DNA of 64,000 nt. Source: Syncephalis fuscata S228 (lineage: Eukaryota > Fungi > Zoopagomycota). A program made the position numbers and the translations under genes. Below, piece by piece: positions 25,801-39,321 of the stretch. The stretch is from NCBI GenBank assembly GCA_025786725.1, contig JAHLTZ010000001.1, positions 930,001 through 994,000 on the forward strand, given 5' to 3'. The notes under the pieces were generated by a model that was given only the letters and a program-made list of their open reading frames with translations, was not told the origin of the DNA and did no database searches. Position 1 is the first letter of the stretch, and each line of letters begins with the position of its first letter.

Positions 25801-28149
25801 TGATGTATCAAAGCATCGAGTGTTAATGAGGAAATTGGAAGCAAACCTGCACCAAATAGCAGTGTAGCTTATTTGCATAAAGAAACACCAGCTAATGATG
25901 AGCAAAGTAATCCAGCTGTGTCTAGAAACAACTTTTTAGTAGAGGAAGAAGAGCGTAATCGTAATGGCTTAGATTTGCAAGTGTACATGACCTACTTTAA
26001 AGCTGGTGGAAGTAATCAGTGGTGGGCACTGGTGATTGGCACCTTTTTGATTTACCAGTGTACATCAGTAGCATCTAATTACTGGCTAAGTATCTGGACC
26101 AGTAAACATGTTACTGTAGATCAAAACATTTATTACTTTCTTGTTTTCGTCGGATTAACATTATTGGTGGTAATTACTATAAGTATACCCACTTTTCTAT
26201 TAAGTCGTACCAGTATCCATGCAAGTCGTAATTTGCACCAACGCTTAGTTAAGCGTATTACAAATTCAACGCTACGATTTTTTGACAAAACACCTGCGGG
26301 CCGTATCCTAAATCGCTTCAGCAAGGATATTTTTTATTGGATCAAGAGCTATCGTATTATATGAATTTATAGCTACAGATAGCATGAATTTGACTTGTCA
26401 ATTAGTTGTGGTCGCTGCAACATTGCCAGTATTTATTCCAGTCGCCTTTATTGTTGGTAGGTTGAATTAATTACTGCAAACCTACTAGATTGTAACAAAT
26501 GTTTATTCGTATAGTATTCTGGTACTTTAAAGTCTCAAGCTTTTTTATGAAATCATCGCGCAGCTTGAAGCAGCTTGAAGCAGTTTCCAAGTCGCCATTT
26601 CTCTCACTAGTCACTGAAATGCTAAAGTAAGTTGAGTAAATTTTATGCATTGAGCATATCAGCTAATACATTTAATAATTTAGTGGTATAACAACTATTC
26701 GTGCCTATGGCATGGAGTTGTGGGTATTGAAAGAAAGTGCCAGCTGTATCGATGCTATGAATCGACCCACCTATTTACTGTCAGCTACTAGTCAGTGGAT
26801 CTTTGGACGTATTTCATTAATTGCCGCTTTAATTACATTTATTTCAACACTGCTTATTATTTTATCAAAAGAAAGCATTAATGCAAGTACTGCCGGGTTT
26901 ACCTTAAGCTACGCGATATCATTTTCAATTGCTGCCGGTGTAAGTGATTCTAATGCATCGGTGCTTCTTATAATATTAATACAGTATTGAAATTGGTTAG
27001 TTTTTCATAAATAACTGTACGAAAGTCGAATTGGCTATGAACAGTATTGAACGAATTAAAGAATATCTATCTATTGAACAAGAATCGCCAGCAATTATTG
27101 AAGATGCTCGACCAAATGCCAAGGTAAATAGATAAACAATTCAATGCTGCTACATACTTATAATTAACTAATTATAAAAAAATTAAAAGTGGCCAGAATA
27201 TGGTGCAATCAATATTGAAAACCTAACGATTCGATACGCAAGCGACCAGAGTCCGGCTATTCGCAATCTATCCTTAACTGTTCGCCCCAAAGAACGCATC
27301 GGTATTGTAGGCAGAACCGGTAAGTAGCCGCAATAACAGTACATTATTATTCCACTTGTATTTATACAATAATTAGGTGCTGGCAAATCAACTTTTCCGC
27401 AGCCTTTTTTAGATTTGTAGAAGCTGAGACCGGCAGTATTTACATCGATGGTGTAGATATTAGTAAAATCGGTTTACGTGACCTTCGTTCTAAACTCACT
27501 ATTATCCCACAAGATGCTGTGTTATTCACTGGCACTATTCGTAGTAATTTGGATCCACTTTCACGGTATAGCGACACGGCTATTTGGAATGCACTTTGTC
27601 GGTGTCATTATATTGATAGTCAAAGCAACAAAGGAAATCCAATCGGTCTAGATTACTTAGATTTCCCGGTAGCAGAAAACGGAAACAACTTTAGTCAAGG
27701 ACAGCGCCAATTACTAGCAATAGCTCGAGCGCTATTACGTAATAGTAAAGTATGTATAGTAGTTTTATTTGCATTTTTATAATAATAACCAATACACCAT
27801 ATTTTGTATATAGGTGATTATTATGGACGAGGCTACTGCATCGATTGATTTCGACACTGATGCAAAAATCCAACAAACCATTCGTAAAGAATTTGCTGAT
27901 ACCACACTGATATGTGTTGCCCATCGACTGCGTACCATTATTGACTATGATCGCATCATCGTATTGGGTAAGCATACCAATTAAATACTAGTACAGCTAA
28001 CATTGACACCATTTATAGATACAGGTCGTCTAATAGAATTTGATACACCAAAAAATTTAATCAATTCTCCCACCAGTCTATTCCGTAATTTGTGTGAACG
28101 TTCTGGGGAACTTGAAAGTCTATTGACCATTGTTAATGGTCAACTATAG
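22876..28149 (+). CDS. ABCC/MRP-family full-size ABC transporter (Ybt1/Vmr1-like); start uncertain, several frameshifts
   Basis: [11 protein letters not shown]; NBD1 [27 protein letters not shown]; [17 protein letters not shown]; NBD2 [26 protein letters not shown]. Confidence 0.92.
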
Positions 28150-28436
28150 ACCAACTTTGTACGTAATAATAATAAATTAAAACCGGACTTATAATTAAAA
28201 TACGAAATTATTATCATTGCCAGTCACCATTATTGATAACCACCACTGATATCATCAGCATAATTATTGATACCACGGTTTCAGTATCAATAATTAGCCA
28301 ATAAACATACTTGCTCAATATATTTGTTGGCTTATCATTAGTGGATGCATATGCTCGAGGGTGGTACACGTTTATAAAGAGGCTAAAGTGAAAAAACCTT
28401 TCTGCTCACCTTATCTTTTTCTTATCTTTATCAGTC

Positions 28437-30076
28437 ATGTTCATTACTAACGTAGAGCCTGGTAGTTTTAACAACTTGGCAGGTGACGTCTATTTGGAGC
28501 TGGCCAGCTACTTAGTGGCCGACGACTTATACGCACTATCGTTGACCTGTAAGCAGGCTTACATTTATTTACGTATTGAACGTCGCCGGCGCTATAACCG
28601 CTTCTTTAATGCCTATTCCATAACTGATCGCAAAGAACTTGAATGGCTACGTTGGTATGTCGGTTCGCGTCGCCGAATACCCTCTGAAAAGATATGCTGG
28701 CTGAATGCCTACAAACTTCGAACTCAGCTTGAAAGAAATGTCTTTGAAAGAAGGCGTAAATTGTACACTACAAATCATGATAAGATGGGCTGGTACAGTC
28801 GATGCCGTGCCTTGAATCCACTAACCAGCGTGGCAGTCGATAGCGACTACAGAAAAGTAAGCGTTATTACTATGGAGGCACCATCGATGCTCGATCGGTA
28901 TCGACCAGCTGTCAAATATACAGTACGGCCCTACGAAAAGCTACACAATAAAATATTCACTACGGTGGCTATGCGGGCCAACGATCACACACTCGTTCTG
29001 TACGACAAGCAATACCATTCGTCTATGAACTTTATGCCTCTGCAACGTGGTCGGCCATTTAGCGTCCATCCATTTGAAAACGACAGAGAAAACCCAGTAA
29101 TGAAATTCCACCAGGACGCCAGAGCACACACATCAGTAATGCAGCGTACCCGAATCGGCCTCCATAACAATCACGCCTTAACGGAGGTCGCCGGTCCATG
29201 GTGTATTATTCGGTTGAGATGGCCACGACATCGCAATGCCGTTGCCTATCGTATCTACGATTTGGCCCGACGCAAGTGGTGTCCCATGTACCAAGACGGG
29301 TCAGCTCGCAATCGTAATCATTGTATTGTTATGAAGTACGATAATAATACTGTTGTTTATGTGCGTTCTAGTATTGAGAAAGAGAACGATGGCTGTAAAC
29401 CACAGCTTAATCTAACCTGGTGGCAACACTCGTTTGACCAAGAGATGCCAATCTGTATTCACAATGTAAATTTTCCCGTGAAAGGCATCTGTGCACGTGC
29501 ATGGTTCTCTATGCCATTGTGGCGTGTTGATGATTATCATATCTATTTGAAGTAGAGCATCCAAAGGGATTTTACGTGTTTTTGTACCAACATGAATTCA
29601 GTTTTAATGGTCGATTCGACGCTAACAGAGAGATGACCAGCAAGCTATTATGGAGAGCTGAAGTTAAGAAGCATTTTTGCATTCGATATATTTGCAAGAA
29701 TATTGATAGCTTTATTGCATTCCATCGCAATCAAATCCATATATACAGTCTTACTGATGGTACACTAAAGTATACCGTAGGTGAAGGTGCCCTCGGTAAT
29801 GTCTATAACATTATCGGCAATGTTATGTTGCTTAAACAGAAACGAAGCAAGTTTGGTCAAGTTATCGATATGAAAACTGGCGAGAAGAAGGGAAAATACG
29901 AACGCTATTTTAAACACTGGTCACCCGTTATGAATGCACAAGTCATATCCGGCCGTTCTGGCGTCAATATTATGGATTGTGCCAATATATGGAATAATAT
30001 GATTGTAGAGCCCAGTTTTACTCCTCTAAGACGAACCTATGCGATTACAGTAACACCGGGTATACCCTTCTCTTAG
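28437..30076 (+). CDS. Intronless F-box-like protein with divergent beta-rich C-terminus (two ORFs joined by a frameshift near 29547)
   Basis: N-terminal LAGDVYLELASYLVADDLYALSLTCK matches the F-box pattern; shifted frame FEVEHPKGFYVFLY runs into ORF 29576. Confidence 0.65.
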
Positions 30077-30645
30077 TACGAATGTAAATAACTATAGCTC
30101 AGTGCTATTTCTTGATAGAAATTGACTCTTGGTATAGCACTGCTGATTCAATAATTTGATTGAATACCACTTTTTATCTGTTAGCAAGTGAGCAATTGTC
30201 TATTCATTACATAATAGTAATGCTATAATTGCAATGATCTAGAAACTGCTGCTACAGATTATTCATCGATTCATTCATCGATGGCCTCTCTTTCTATTGA
30301 TCATCAGAATTTACTATATAATAGAAAACCCAAAAAACAGCTGTGAGCGATTAATGGCAATAAACATTACTTTCTATAGTTGCTTTACGTGTAATATGTT
30401 AATAAAACATTAGTTTGCTATTGTTGAATAGTACATGGATATTTATTTACAAAATGTAATTAAACTATTAGAACCGTATATTGGTTAGCATGTTTGGCTA
30501 GTTATACACTTGTATTACTGTGTAATATCTATTACTTGATTATACAATTATAATATTATTGCTGAGTCTAGTATAATAAATTTATTGTTTAGTATTTAGC
30601 ATAACAACAACAGTAATAATGGCATGTTTTGTCATTTATATAGTT

Positions 30646-32421
30646 TTAAGAGAAATTAGATGGCATATCCAATAGTTTAAGCATTTTGTTAATATCTACA
30701 GTTTCTCTCGTGGCTTTCCTTGTAATTCTCCTTGGGCTACTTCATAGGCATCTAGTTGCTGCCAGTCATTAAAGGTTAAGTAGCGTACATGTTTATCTTT
30801 TAATAAATCAGGCAAGTCAGATAAAGTGTTGGAAGAGGTGACAGATTGTGCCAATTGAGCCGTATCCTCCAATAGACTATCTGCCGTTTCTTGAGCATCC
30901 CATAGGTGGAGGCAATGACGCCTGTAGGGCCACGTTTTAGCCAACCAGCCACATACAGTCCTGGTACAAATCGATCTCTGTTATTACTATCAGAAGATGT
31001 AGGTCTGTGGCAATAACACGTCCACGTTCATTTGGTACAATACATAATTGATCATCAAATGGAACACCTTCAATCGGTGTACTACGATAGCCAATACTTT
31101 TAAATGCCAGTTCACAGGGCAGTAGCTCTTCATCATTTGTAGATACAGCTCGACCATCAATGAGTTGATTATGTTGTAGGCGTACACCAACTAGTCGATG
31201 TGCACTATGACCACTCGAATGGTGTGCAATAGTATCCAATATACGTTCTGTTAAAAACTCTATTGGGCTACGTAAAAAGTGAAGGTGCCAACTACGTGTG
31301 GCTGTAGTATTTTTATCGCCTGCTTCTGCTCCTTTAAGTAGCAGTTCCATAAGTCGTTTACGTGGTCGTTCTTTGGCCAGTATAGGTGCCGCCTCTTTTA
31401 GCGTACTTTTAAGATAAGGCAGATCAAGTGCTAGACGTGTATCCGGTAACTGAATCATTTCTCGTAACTCTTTACTTGTAAACGCCACCTATATTTACGT
31501 CTATTAGCCATATAATAGGACTTTTGGACTACTTACTTGCAGGGGACCTCTGCGCTGTACTAGATGAACTTGTTTGATCTGGCTATCCCGCAATGCTTCC
31601 ATTGCCGCAGCTGTAATATCTGTACGTGCCAATTCATCCCTAGGCATCAATAGAATACGTGCTACATCCAGTGCTACATTGCCAGCTCCTACTACAACAG
31701 CAGATGTACTAGTGGCAAGCCACGCTTTTATTTGCTCGCCTAAGGCTTGACACTGCGGCAAACCATTATACCAACCAACAAAATCCCGTGCACTAATAAA
31801 CCGGCCTCCGTTGCATCAGCATTAGGTACACCTCGAAGAGTGCGATCTTGCTCGGCACCATAAGCTAGTACGACTGCTGCATATCGAGCACGTAGTTCCT
31901 CGATAGTTAATGCAGTACCCACCCGTACACCGCCAAAGTATCTAAAACGTCCCTCTACTGCCAACTTTTCAAATTTATGAATCACTGACTGAAACCGCAA
32001 AATATAGTTATTGGTTGTTAGTATAATAAAATGTAAATGATAAATGAATAGACTACCTTTACTTCTGGATGGTCAGGCGCTACACCATAGCGCGCTAGAC
32101 CATAAGGAATTGGCTGTGCTTCAAGCATATCAATATGAATCCGCCCCCTTGTTCTGCCTCTTTATCAGTAGCCCGTAATAGCCGCTGAGCTGTATAGAAA
32201 CCAGCTGGACCACTACCTACAATGGCTACACGTCTAGGCTTACACGCTGCATTACTGCTACTGTTTTCGCTGTTCTTTACAGCTGTATAGAGACGGGACG
32301 GTGCACTGAATGCGGACCGAGACCAATAATCATTGGTGAATGCAAGTGCATTTGTCGTCTGTAGTAGCGGTCTCGATTCACTCTTGAACCGAATACTACG
32401 TATAGCTACAGCAAGCGACAT
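30646..32421 (-). CDS. ARH1: Mitochondrial NADPH:adrenodoxin (ferredoxin) oxidoreductase
   Basis: Basic N-terminal presequence; [78 protein letters not shown]; several 1-nt frameshifts. Confidence 0.94.
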
Positions 32422-32577
32422 TCTCGGTACGAGTAATTACGTGGAAAAAAGATAAAAAAATCAATTCATCATAGGCTGACAAATCAATAATGAAGCTTCA
32501 GGAAAAAACACGTAGTAATGACTAGACGCTGCTCATTTATTTACAAAAGAAGTATATTTTCCTTTCTCTCCTTCTCT

Positions 32578-33513
32578 TTACTTGATGGCATTATGATTAG
32601 AGGGCATCCATAACATTGGCTCGACGATCAGATTGGCTTCGCATATGCTAGTAACATTGCTATTGTTTTCTTGGTGCGGTGCGTTAGCTTGCACGGCCGG
32701 TTCAACCCTGTCCTGTAAGTTGTCACCAGGTGTTGACAGCTTTGTACTAGCCTGTGGCGTAGGAGCAGTCTCGGCTGTTCTATGCATACGCTCGATCGAT
32801 TCTTGTTTGACCACAAGTACGGGACACTTGGCTGAGTGACTGCAAAAGTCACTAAAACTACCCATAAATAGTCTATAGTCATTATAAGCATGTTTGTTAT
32901 CAATAGAGTGAATAAAAAAGGTAATAGTTACATACCGCTTCCAGTAGGATAGACCGCGACTGCCCAGGATTAACATAGTGGCACCAACACGTTCGGTAAA
33001 GTCAACAATCATATTGCCAGGTGATCGGTGTCCTTTAACCAAGCTAACGTGGCAATCCGTCTACAAGAGTATATTCAATAAATAACCAACTAAAGATAAT
33101 ATTATTCAATAATACTTACACCAGCATCACATAGTGGTTGGGCATAGGCGGTCAGTCTCTTAAGTAGATTTTCCTCCGTCTGGTAATAAATAGTCAATAC
33201 AGTACACTATCTATTTAATAAAACATACCTCTTTTTCCATATCAGCGAGTTGATCGCCCACATAAAGGAATTCACCACCTATATGAATTGATTAATTAGA
33301 TACAGTGTATTTGCTTGTTAATCAACTCTGTCTATCCTTACCGAGTTCAATGGCATCCATTTCTGACTCGACACTCCAACCGCTTACTAGTTCGACGCGA
33401 TCACTGCCCTTGCGAATGATGTTTTCCATCGACCATTGAATGATGTCGGCTGCCTCATCGCTCTGAACATCAACGGCAATCACAATAACTCGTTGACTTA
33501 AAGATTGCGACAT
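32578..33513 (-). CDS. Universal stress protein (USP domain)
   Basis: RVIVIAVD N-terminus; LILGSRGLS; FMGSFSDFCSHSAKCPVLVVK; 4 GT-AG introns. Confidence 0.9.
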
Positions 33514-34027
33514 GATAGTTGTTTGGCTATAATTGAATAGTATCGATAAGCGATAAAGAACGGTACTTGGTATAAATGAAAATGAAAGTAAAATTTGATA
33601 CTATTTGATTTGAGTCTGCTGTTCTGTTTTGAATAATGTCATATGAATCATTTGGTTTTACATTACATGTATATATGCTAATGAGCCATAGTGAAACCGT
33701 TTTCACTTGGCATAAACAAAATTATGACGATACAAGACAATGCCGATACGCTCCGATCCGAACCTATCCGGTATCACAGCATGATACTATGCTCACTATA
33801 ATAGAGTAGGCTATATTTAGTATTTTTAACGCCGTATAATAACTATTTATAATTTACTAATAAAAGCGACTATCACTCGGTTTAGTAATGTAGTTTATGG
33901 AAATAGAAATATTCAAAGCAATAATTACTCAGATTTATTAGTTAACTAGATAATGGATAATATAAACAAGTAAAAATATTATTTAAAATTAATCATTAAC
34001 GGGCTATTACTGGTGTAAGTGTGCATC

Positions 34028-34930
34028 TTATTGTATTGGCCGATGGATCTTCAAGTAGTTTATGAGTCCGCCGTATTTTTTTAATTGAATCAGTGCTTCC
34101 TCTAGACTCGGTAAACTATTGGTAAAAGAGCTATTGGATAAGCAATATGGTGTTTGTGCTGAAGTTATAGACTGATTATAAGATACTTGATGAGGTGTGT
34201 TGTGTGTTGTAGCGATGTTAGATTGTAATCCAGGTAGATTATCTGATTCCATATTATATAAATGCCTTGATCTGCTTTGATTTATCTTTTCATATCGTAT
34301 TGAATTGGTGTCGATGATGGTGGTATATATTTTGTGGTATTTAATTCATTGATTGATGTTTTGTATTTGCTGGCGGTAATAATCTTGTCTTTTCCGTCAT
34401 ATCGTCATAGCCAAATAGACCAATGCGGTTATAGATACTTTTGCTATTATCGGTCAATATTTTTAGACTAGAACGGCTTTTGGCTTGTTTTATACTCGTC
34501 TTTTTAGAAATTACAGTAAATGCTGGTTCATGATGCGTATTATCCATAGTAATTGCATTCTGTCTTGGATGTGTTGTCCATAAAGGTGTGCGATGGGACG
34601 GCGGTAATGTCGAGTAACATTTCCCATATTGCCTTCCTATAGTACTATAAGCAAAATGGCGTTGTCTTGGTACATCTACCATCGTTGACTGTTGTTGTGT
34701 TTCTCTTTCGGCATCGATGGCAGCCAACATAATACGCGCTTCGATTAATCGATGTTGCGGATTAGATACTGATTCGCCATTGCCATAATGAAAATAGCTA
34801 TGCTTTTATCGGACACCGATAAAGGATGAGTTGTCGATAAATTGCGTTCAGTGCTATTTACCGGTAGTGTTCCCAGTATACGTTTAGCAATACCTCTAGA
34901 CGAATAGAATGCATCATCTTTAAATGGCAT
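34028..34930 (-). CDS. Hypothetical protein in three frameshifted pieces
   Basis: Collinear ORFs 34745-34930, 34341-34730 and 34028-34252 join by small frameshifts (QHRLIEARIMLAAIDAERE); no recognised motif. Confidence 0.4.
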
Positions 34931-35811
34931 AGCTAAATTAAAACTGTTGTTGGCAAGTGAGCTAAAGAGAATAATGAACTGCTTCCGATTTGTTGACTAT
35001 TGTGTTTACCTACTCGGTTAGTCACTACTATAATAAACAAATTATGTATAAATAAATAAAGGTATTAGTACGAAGTATAAACAGTAGTGTTGAAAGTGAT
35101 ATTACAAAAACTTTGACCAACTGGCTATAAAAAAGAATTTATATTGATTTTCTTTGTAATAACCACTGGCTTGTATTCAATAGTTGTACACAAGTAGAAC
35201 AATGATAAGACGCAACCTATCTCAAATGTTGCGCTAGTAGTATGCTGCAATACAACAATGAAATGTCCAAATGATCATGACAGTGTACGGTTATTCAAAG
35301 ATCGACTAGTTGGTAAGTTACAACTAAAGGAGATATGTAGGACATGCGGTAGCGGTGGTATTCTATCATTTATGTCGTCATAATATGCGGTATAAATGAG
35401 TGGTTATCGTCAGTAAAGCACGGATTTGTCCAAATACTTACGTGAATGACATAAAAGGGGTAAGCAACGAAGGCGATCACTTATTTACTAGGCAACCAAT
35501 CAGCATTGGTATTAAAGTCCATTAAATTTGAGTTAGCACAATTATTCTAGTCATAGATGATCCATTCGTCCACTAAATACATCTAACATCTTTTAATTAA
35601 TAATTATGATAATTAATGACTAACGAGAAATAAGTTTATTATTGAATTAATATAGCCAATCAATGCATTGTATTCTGAGCGTCAAGATAAGTGTTGATAA
35701 GCATTAAAAGCTAATTTCATACAATAGTGCCAGAATAAAGTGTTGCTTGGTGGTTTAGGCCACAATTTCTTTAACCAGAGTTGTAACAGTATGTTAAAAC
35801 ATGTCTACATG

Positions 35812-37575
35812 TCATGGATTATAGATTGGCAAAGGATGGGCCTCAGTATTAAAAACGTAGCGATCTAACGGTAGTACACTGTTATCACCAAAGATTAATA
35901 ATAGATACTTGAGTGTTTCTGCCATGAAGAATGTTTCCGATGCATCTTGTTTTTGCGTGGGCACTTTAAGTACATCCTCCACACTAACTAGACAAGTATT
36001 ACCGCCGACCGATGAGTTCTTGCGCATAGCAGTAAAAACTTGCCAGGCCTGTTTGCGATATTCGCCATTTTTTGTAATACGCCAAAGTACAAAAAGACTT
36101 TCAACCGTCTCGGGTCGTAGTATATTATAAACTTTTTCGGGTTTGGCTGCATATCGGGGCCGCCTAACCAACCAGCTGGATTCTGTTTATTGTAACACTT
36201 TGCCTAGTGGTTGTATCATGTGCGCTGGAAGTAGCAAAGGTAACAGTTTCTGGCGATAGACCGCTAACGGTGCGATGCATGCCCATGCATGTGGTGGTAA
36301 GCTCAGCTCCCAAAGCCATATCGTTATCAGCTCGTGCTTTATTTCAGCATCAGTGGTGGCACCAAGAGCCAGTACACCACCGAAGGCACACGCTAGATGC
36401 TCCATCTCTGGTGTAAAATAAGTTCGAGATGCCATACCAAGATATGTTTGGTTAGTTGTTTTCGAGACACCTAAGAGATGGCGTCTTGCACCAATAATCG
36501 ATGCATCATACCGTGCACGTAGTTTCGGTTCTGTTTTAGACGTTTGCAGCCAACGCTTAAGTAAATACTCTATAGTAGTGTAGTGCTGATTAGTCGTGAT
36601 AATTAATAAATATTATTATCCTAATTATACGTACCATAATAGCTATCGCCGCTAGCGCCGAATCCGTATGTTCCATCGCCGTCGCTTTTTTCAGTAGATC
36701 TGTAAAAGTAATGTATTAAATTAGTAAATTATGCTAATAATACTAATAGTAGCAGCAATGTAGCTTACGAAAATGATAAGGGTAAAAGCCCGTCCCAGGA
36801 TTCCATGCGTTCAAGTGCTTCATCGGCCGTTTTGGCGGCTTGCCAGTATTTTGGATCACCGGTTAGTCGTGATAATTCTCGAAACTCCATTTGCAAAGTG
36901 CCTGAAGCTGCCGTGAGCTTGCCATGTAGTTGAATCGTCTCGGTTTGACCTTTGACAAGATTAATCCAGAAGGTTGGCAGTCCGGTTGTTGTATTAAACG
37001 CCGGCAGTAATCGGTCTCCTACCATACGGGCAGCCTTCAGTAGTTCGGGATCGGGCTGGAGCGTGTAGGCACCCAGTAATCCGCCAATCACACGAATGGT
37101 CGTTTCAAAAACATTTACATTATCGTCAATGTTATAGTCGAGATTCTTTACAATCCAATCACGACCTTCTTGGTACTCTTTTTGTAGATTTGCCAGAAAC
37201 AGTGTATCTAATGAATCGGCAATCATATAGCCCAAGCTTTTTCCCGTACTAGACCATTGCTTGCCAGTCTTAGATATTGGCTTGTACTCATCGACTCCAA
37301 ATGCATGTTCCCTATAGCTTTGCCAGCAGTCTTTGATCGATTTTATTACTTCTTCTTTTCGGCACCGCCATGTATCTTGTTTTTGGCATAGCTCAAAATT
37401 AGTAAGTTCAGTTGTATCTATCATTTATGAATGGCTAGTTAGTTTGGTATTAAATTATTGACTTTGTAATATTACTTTTTGCAAATGCTAGTATAATACA
37501 CACACCAATCAATGCACTCATTGCAAATGCAGCAAATAAAATTGCCAGCATTTGCTTTGGTATTATATTGCGCAT
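35812..37575 (-). CDS. Glycoside hydrolase family 47 alpha-1,2-mannosidase with N-terminal signal/anchor
   Basis: MRNIIPKQMLAILFAAF...; DSLDTLFL, VFETTIRVIGGLL, ASGDSYYEYLLK, EHLACAFGG, LRPETVESLF, FFMAETLKYL, FNTEAHPL. Confidence 0.93.
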
Positions 37576-37913
37576 AATGAGATATAACTGTATGTAAATA
37601 TCAAAAGAAGAAACTTGAAGGGGACAAGTATCAAAGCGTACACATATTTAAACAGCTGCAGTAAACAGCTATGATGATAATACTACAAGTCTTGTATAAC
37701 TATTTTTCTGAAACTCCGTTTAATCTCCATCCATTTCTTATTTACAGTTTCGATTTACTCCGTTTTTTATGTACATAGTCATGTCACACTACTCTTTTAC
37801 ATTTCTTTTCATAAATTCGGAAAAATATTTTTAATTTGGAATATTATAAAATATAAAACTTGATTATGTGAATAATATTTTCTATTCATATAGTCTAAAG
37901 AAAATTGTACTTT

Positions 37914-38057
37914 TTTACACTATAAATAGCAGACTATTTAAGGTCCTTACTCATGTTTTAAATATTTCCTCCCTTCTGCCCTTACTTTGATTGCAACAGC
38001 GAAAATATCAAAAAACGTAAGTAAGGATCTTAAAGGGCAAACTATTTATAGTGTAAA
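37914..38057. repeat. Imperfect inverted repeat (~55-bp arms), MITE-like
   Basis: tttacactataaatag..tttaaggtccttact pairs with agtaaggatcttaaa..ctatttatagtgtaaa. Confidence 0.75.
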
Positions 38058-38468
38058 TGTGTAATGAATAGCTATTTGTTACAATCGAGTTTTCTGTTTC
38101 TTTTTTTAGCAAGCCATTATTATAGATACGCGCACTAATAACAATGTTTGATGAATAAAACATTACATAGTCAAGAGGTGAGATGCACCTATCACAGTTG
38201 TTTATTATTGTAAATAACCGGCTAATAAAATTATACTCAAACTATGAATGTCATAAAACATCTAAAATAATTATTAGATATATAGACAGTGTAATAAAAA
38301 CAATACTAAATATCATTTTTATTAATGTGACAATGTAATATTTATTAACAATGTAATAGTGTAAATCAATCAACTCAATGAAATATAATCTTATCGGTAA
38401 TTCAGAAATAATTAAATGAACCAAGTGCCAGATTGATTTATAACTGCAGGTGGTTTTTTTAAAGCCAC

Positions 38469-38708
38469 TTAGGAGGAACTAGAAGTTATGACAGTTGAAG
38501 CTGTATTTCGGCTTACAGGTGTACATATAGGACCGAGTCCACCAAATTTAGGCCAATGTTTAGGACATGGCATCAAGGACTTCTTCTTTCTCTTTTTAAC
38601 CCCCGTAGTGACAGCACGACGGATTCGATTTGGACCAGCATCCGCCATATCCAAACTAGCTACAATAACAGCAGCGAGAATATAAACACTATTGATAGAA
38701 AGTCTCAT
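38469..38708 (-). CDS. Small secreted cationic peptide (79 aa)
   Basis: Signal peptide MRLSINSVYILAAVIVASLDMADA|GP; basic clusters; two Cys; GC-richer than flanks. Confidence 0.6.
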   Translation of the reverse strand: MRLSINSVYILAAVIVASLDMADAGPNRIRRAVTTGVKKRKKKSLMPCPKHWPKFGGLGPICTPVSRNTASTVITSSSS

Positions 38709-39321
38709 GGTGATATAGCTTTGGTAGAGTAGACGACTGAAGCAGAAGATACAAGTTGAAAGATAGCAAGCAGAAAAGTTAATGTGGCGATACTGCCGTG
38801 ATGTGTGTTAAACATCCATTAAATTTATTGCTGCGTATGCTCATGCAGCATCTACCGCATGACCATGATTTGAGCTACGCGTGACGGATACACATGATCT
38901 TTAATTTGTAGCTTAAATGTGGGTTTGTATTTTTAGATCATAATGCTATAGACTTGGCAATACCAATAAACTAGCTATATTTGATTAGCAATAAACAATA
39001 GTTGTATTTGGTAGTGTAATTTGCTGATATTTCTTGTAAATTATCATTAGAAAAATTAGCTATAGCTTGTACTTCTTAATAGTATTATAGGTAATGGAAT
39101 GAATTTATTCAAAATAAAACTAAATAGTTTAATGCTTAAAATCCACTATAGTTTTATTATTCTCTAACACTTTATTCATTATACGGCTAAATACATATAG
39201 AAGTGAAGCAAAGTCCAGCACCAATAGATCGACATAGACAATTGTTAATGATCCGTTAGACAAATAATAAGCTATATTTCAATAACATTAGCAGTATTAG
39301 CTTGAATTCCATGGCTAGTTC

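Noticed and set aside
22876-32421. ABCC, F-box and ARH1 as pseudogenes
   Set aside because: Motifs are intact and the lesions are 1-nt homopolymer-type indels also seen in essential genes
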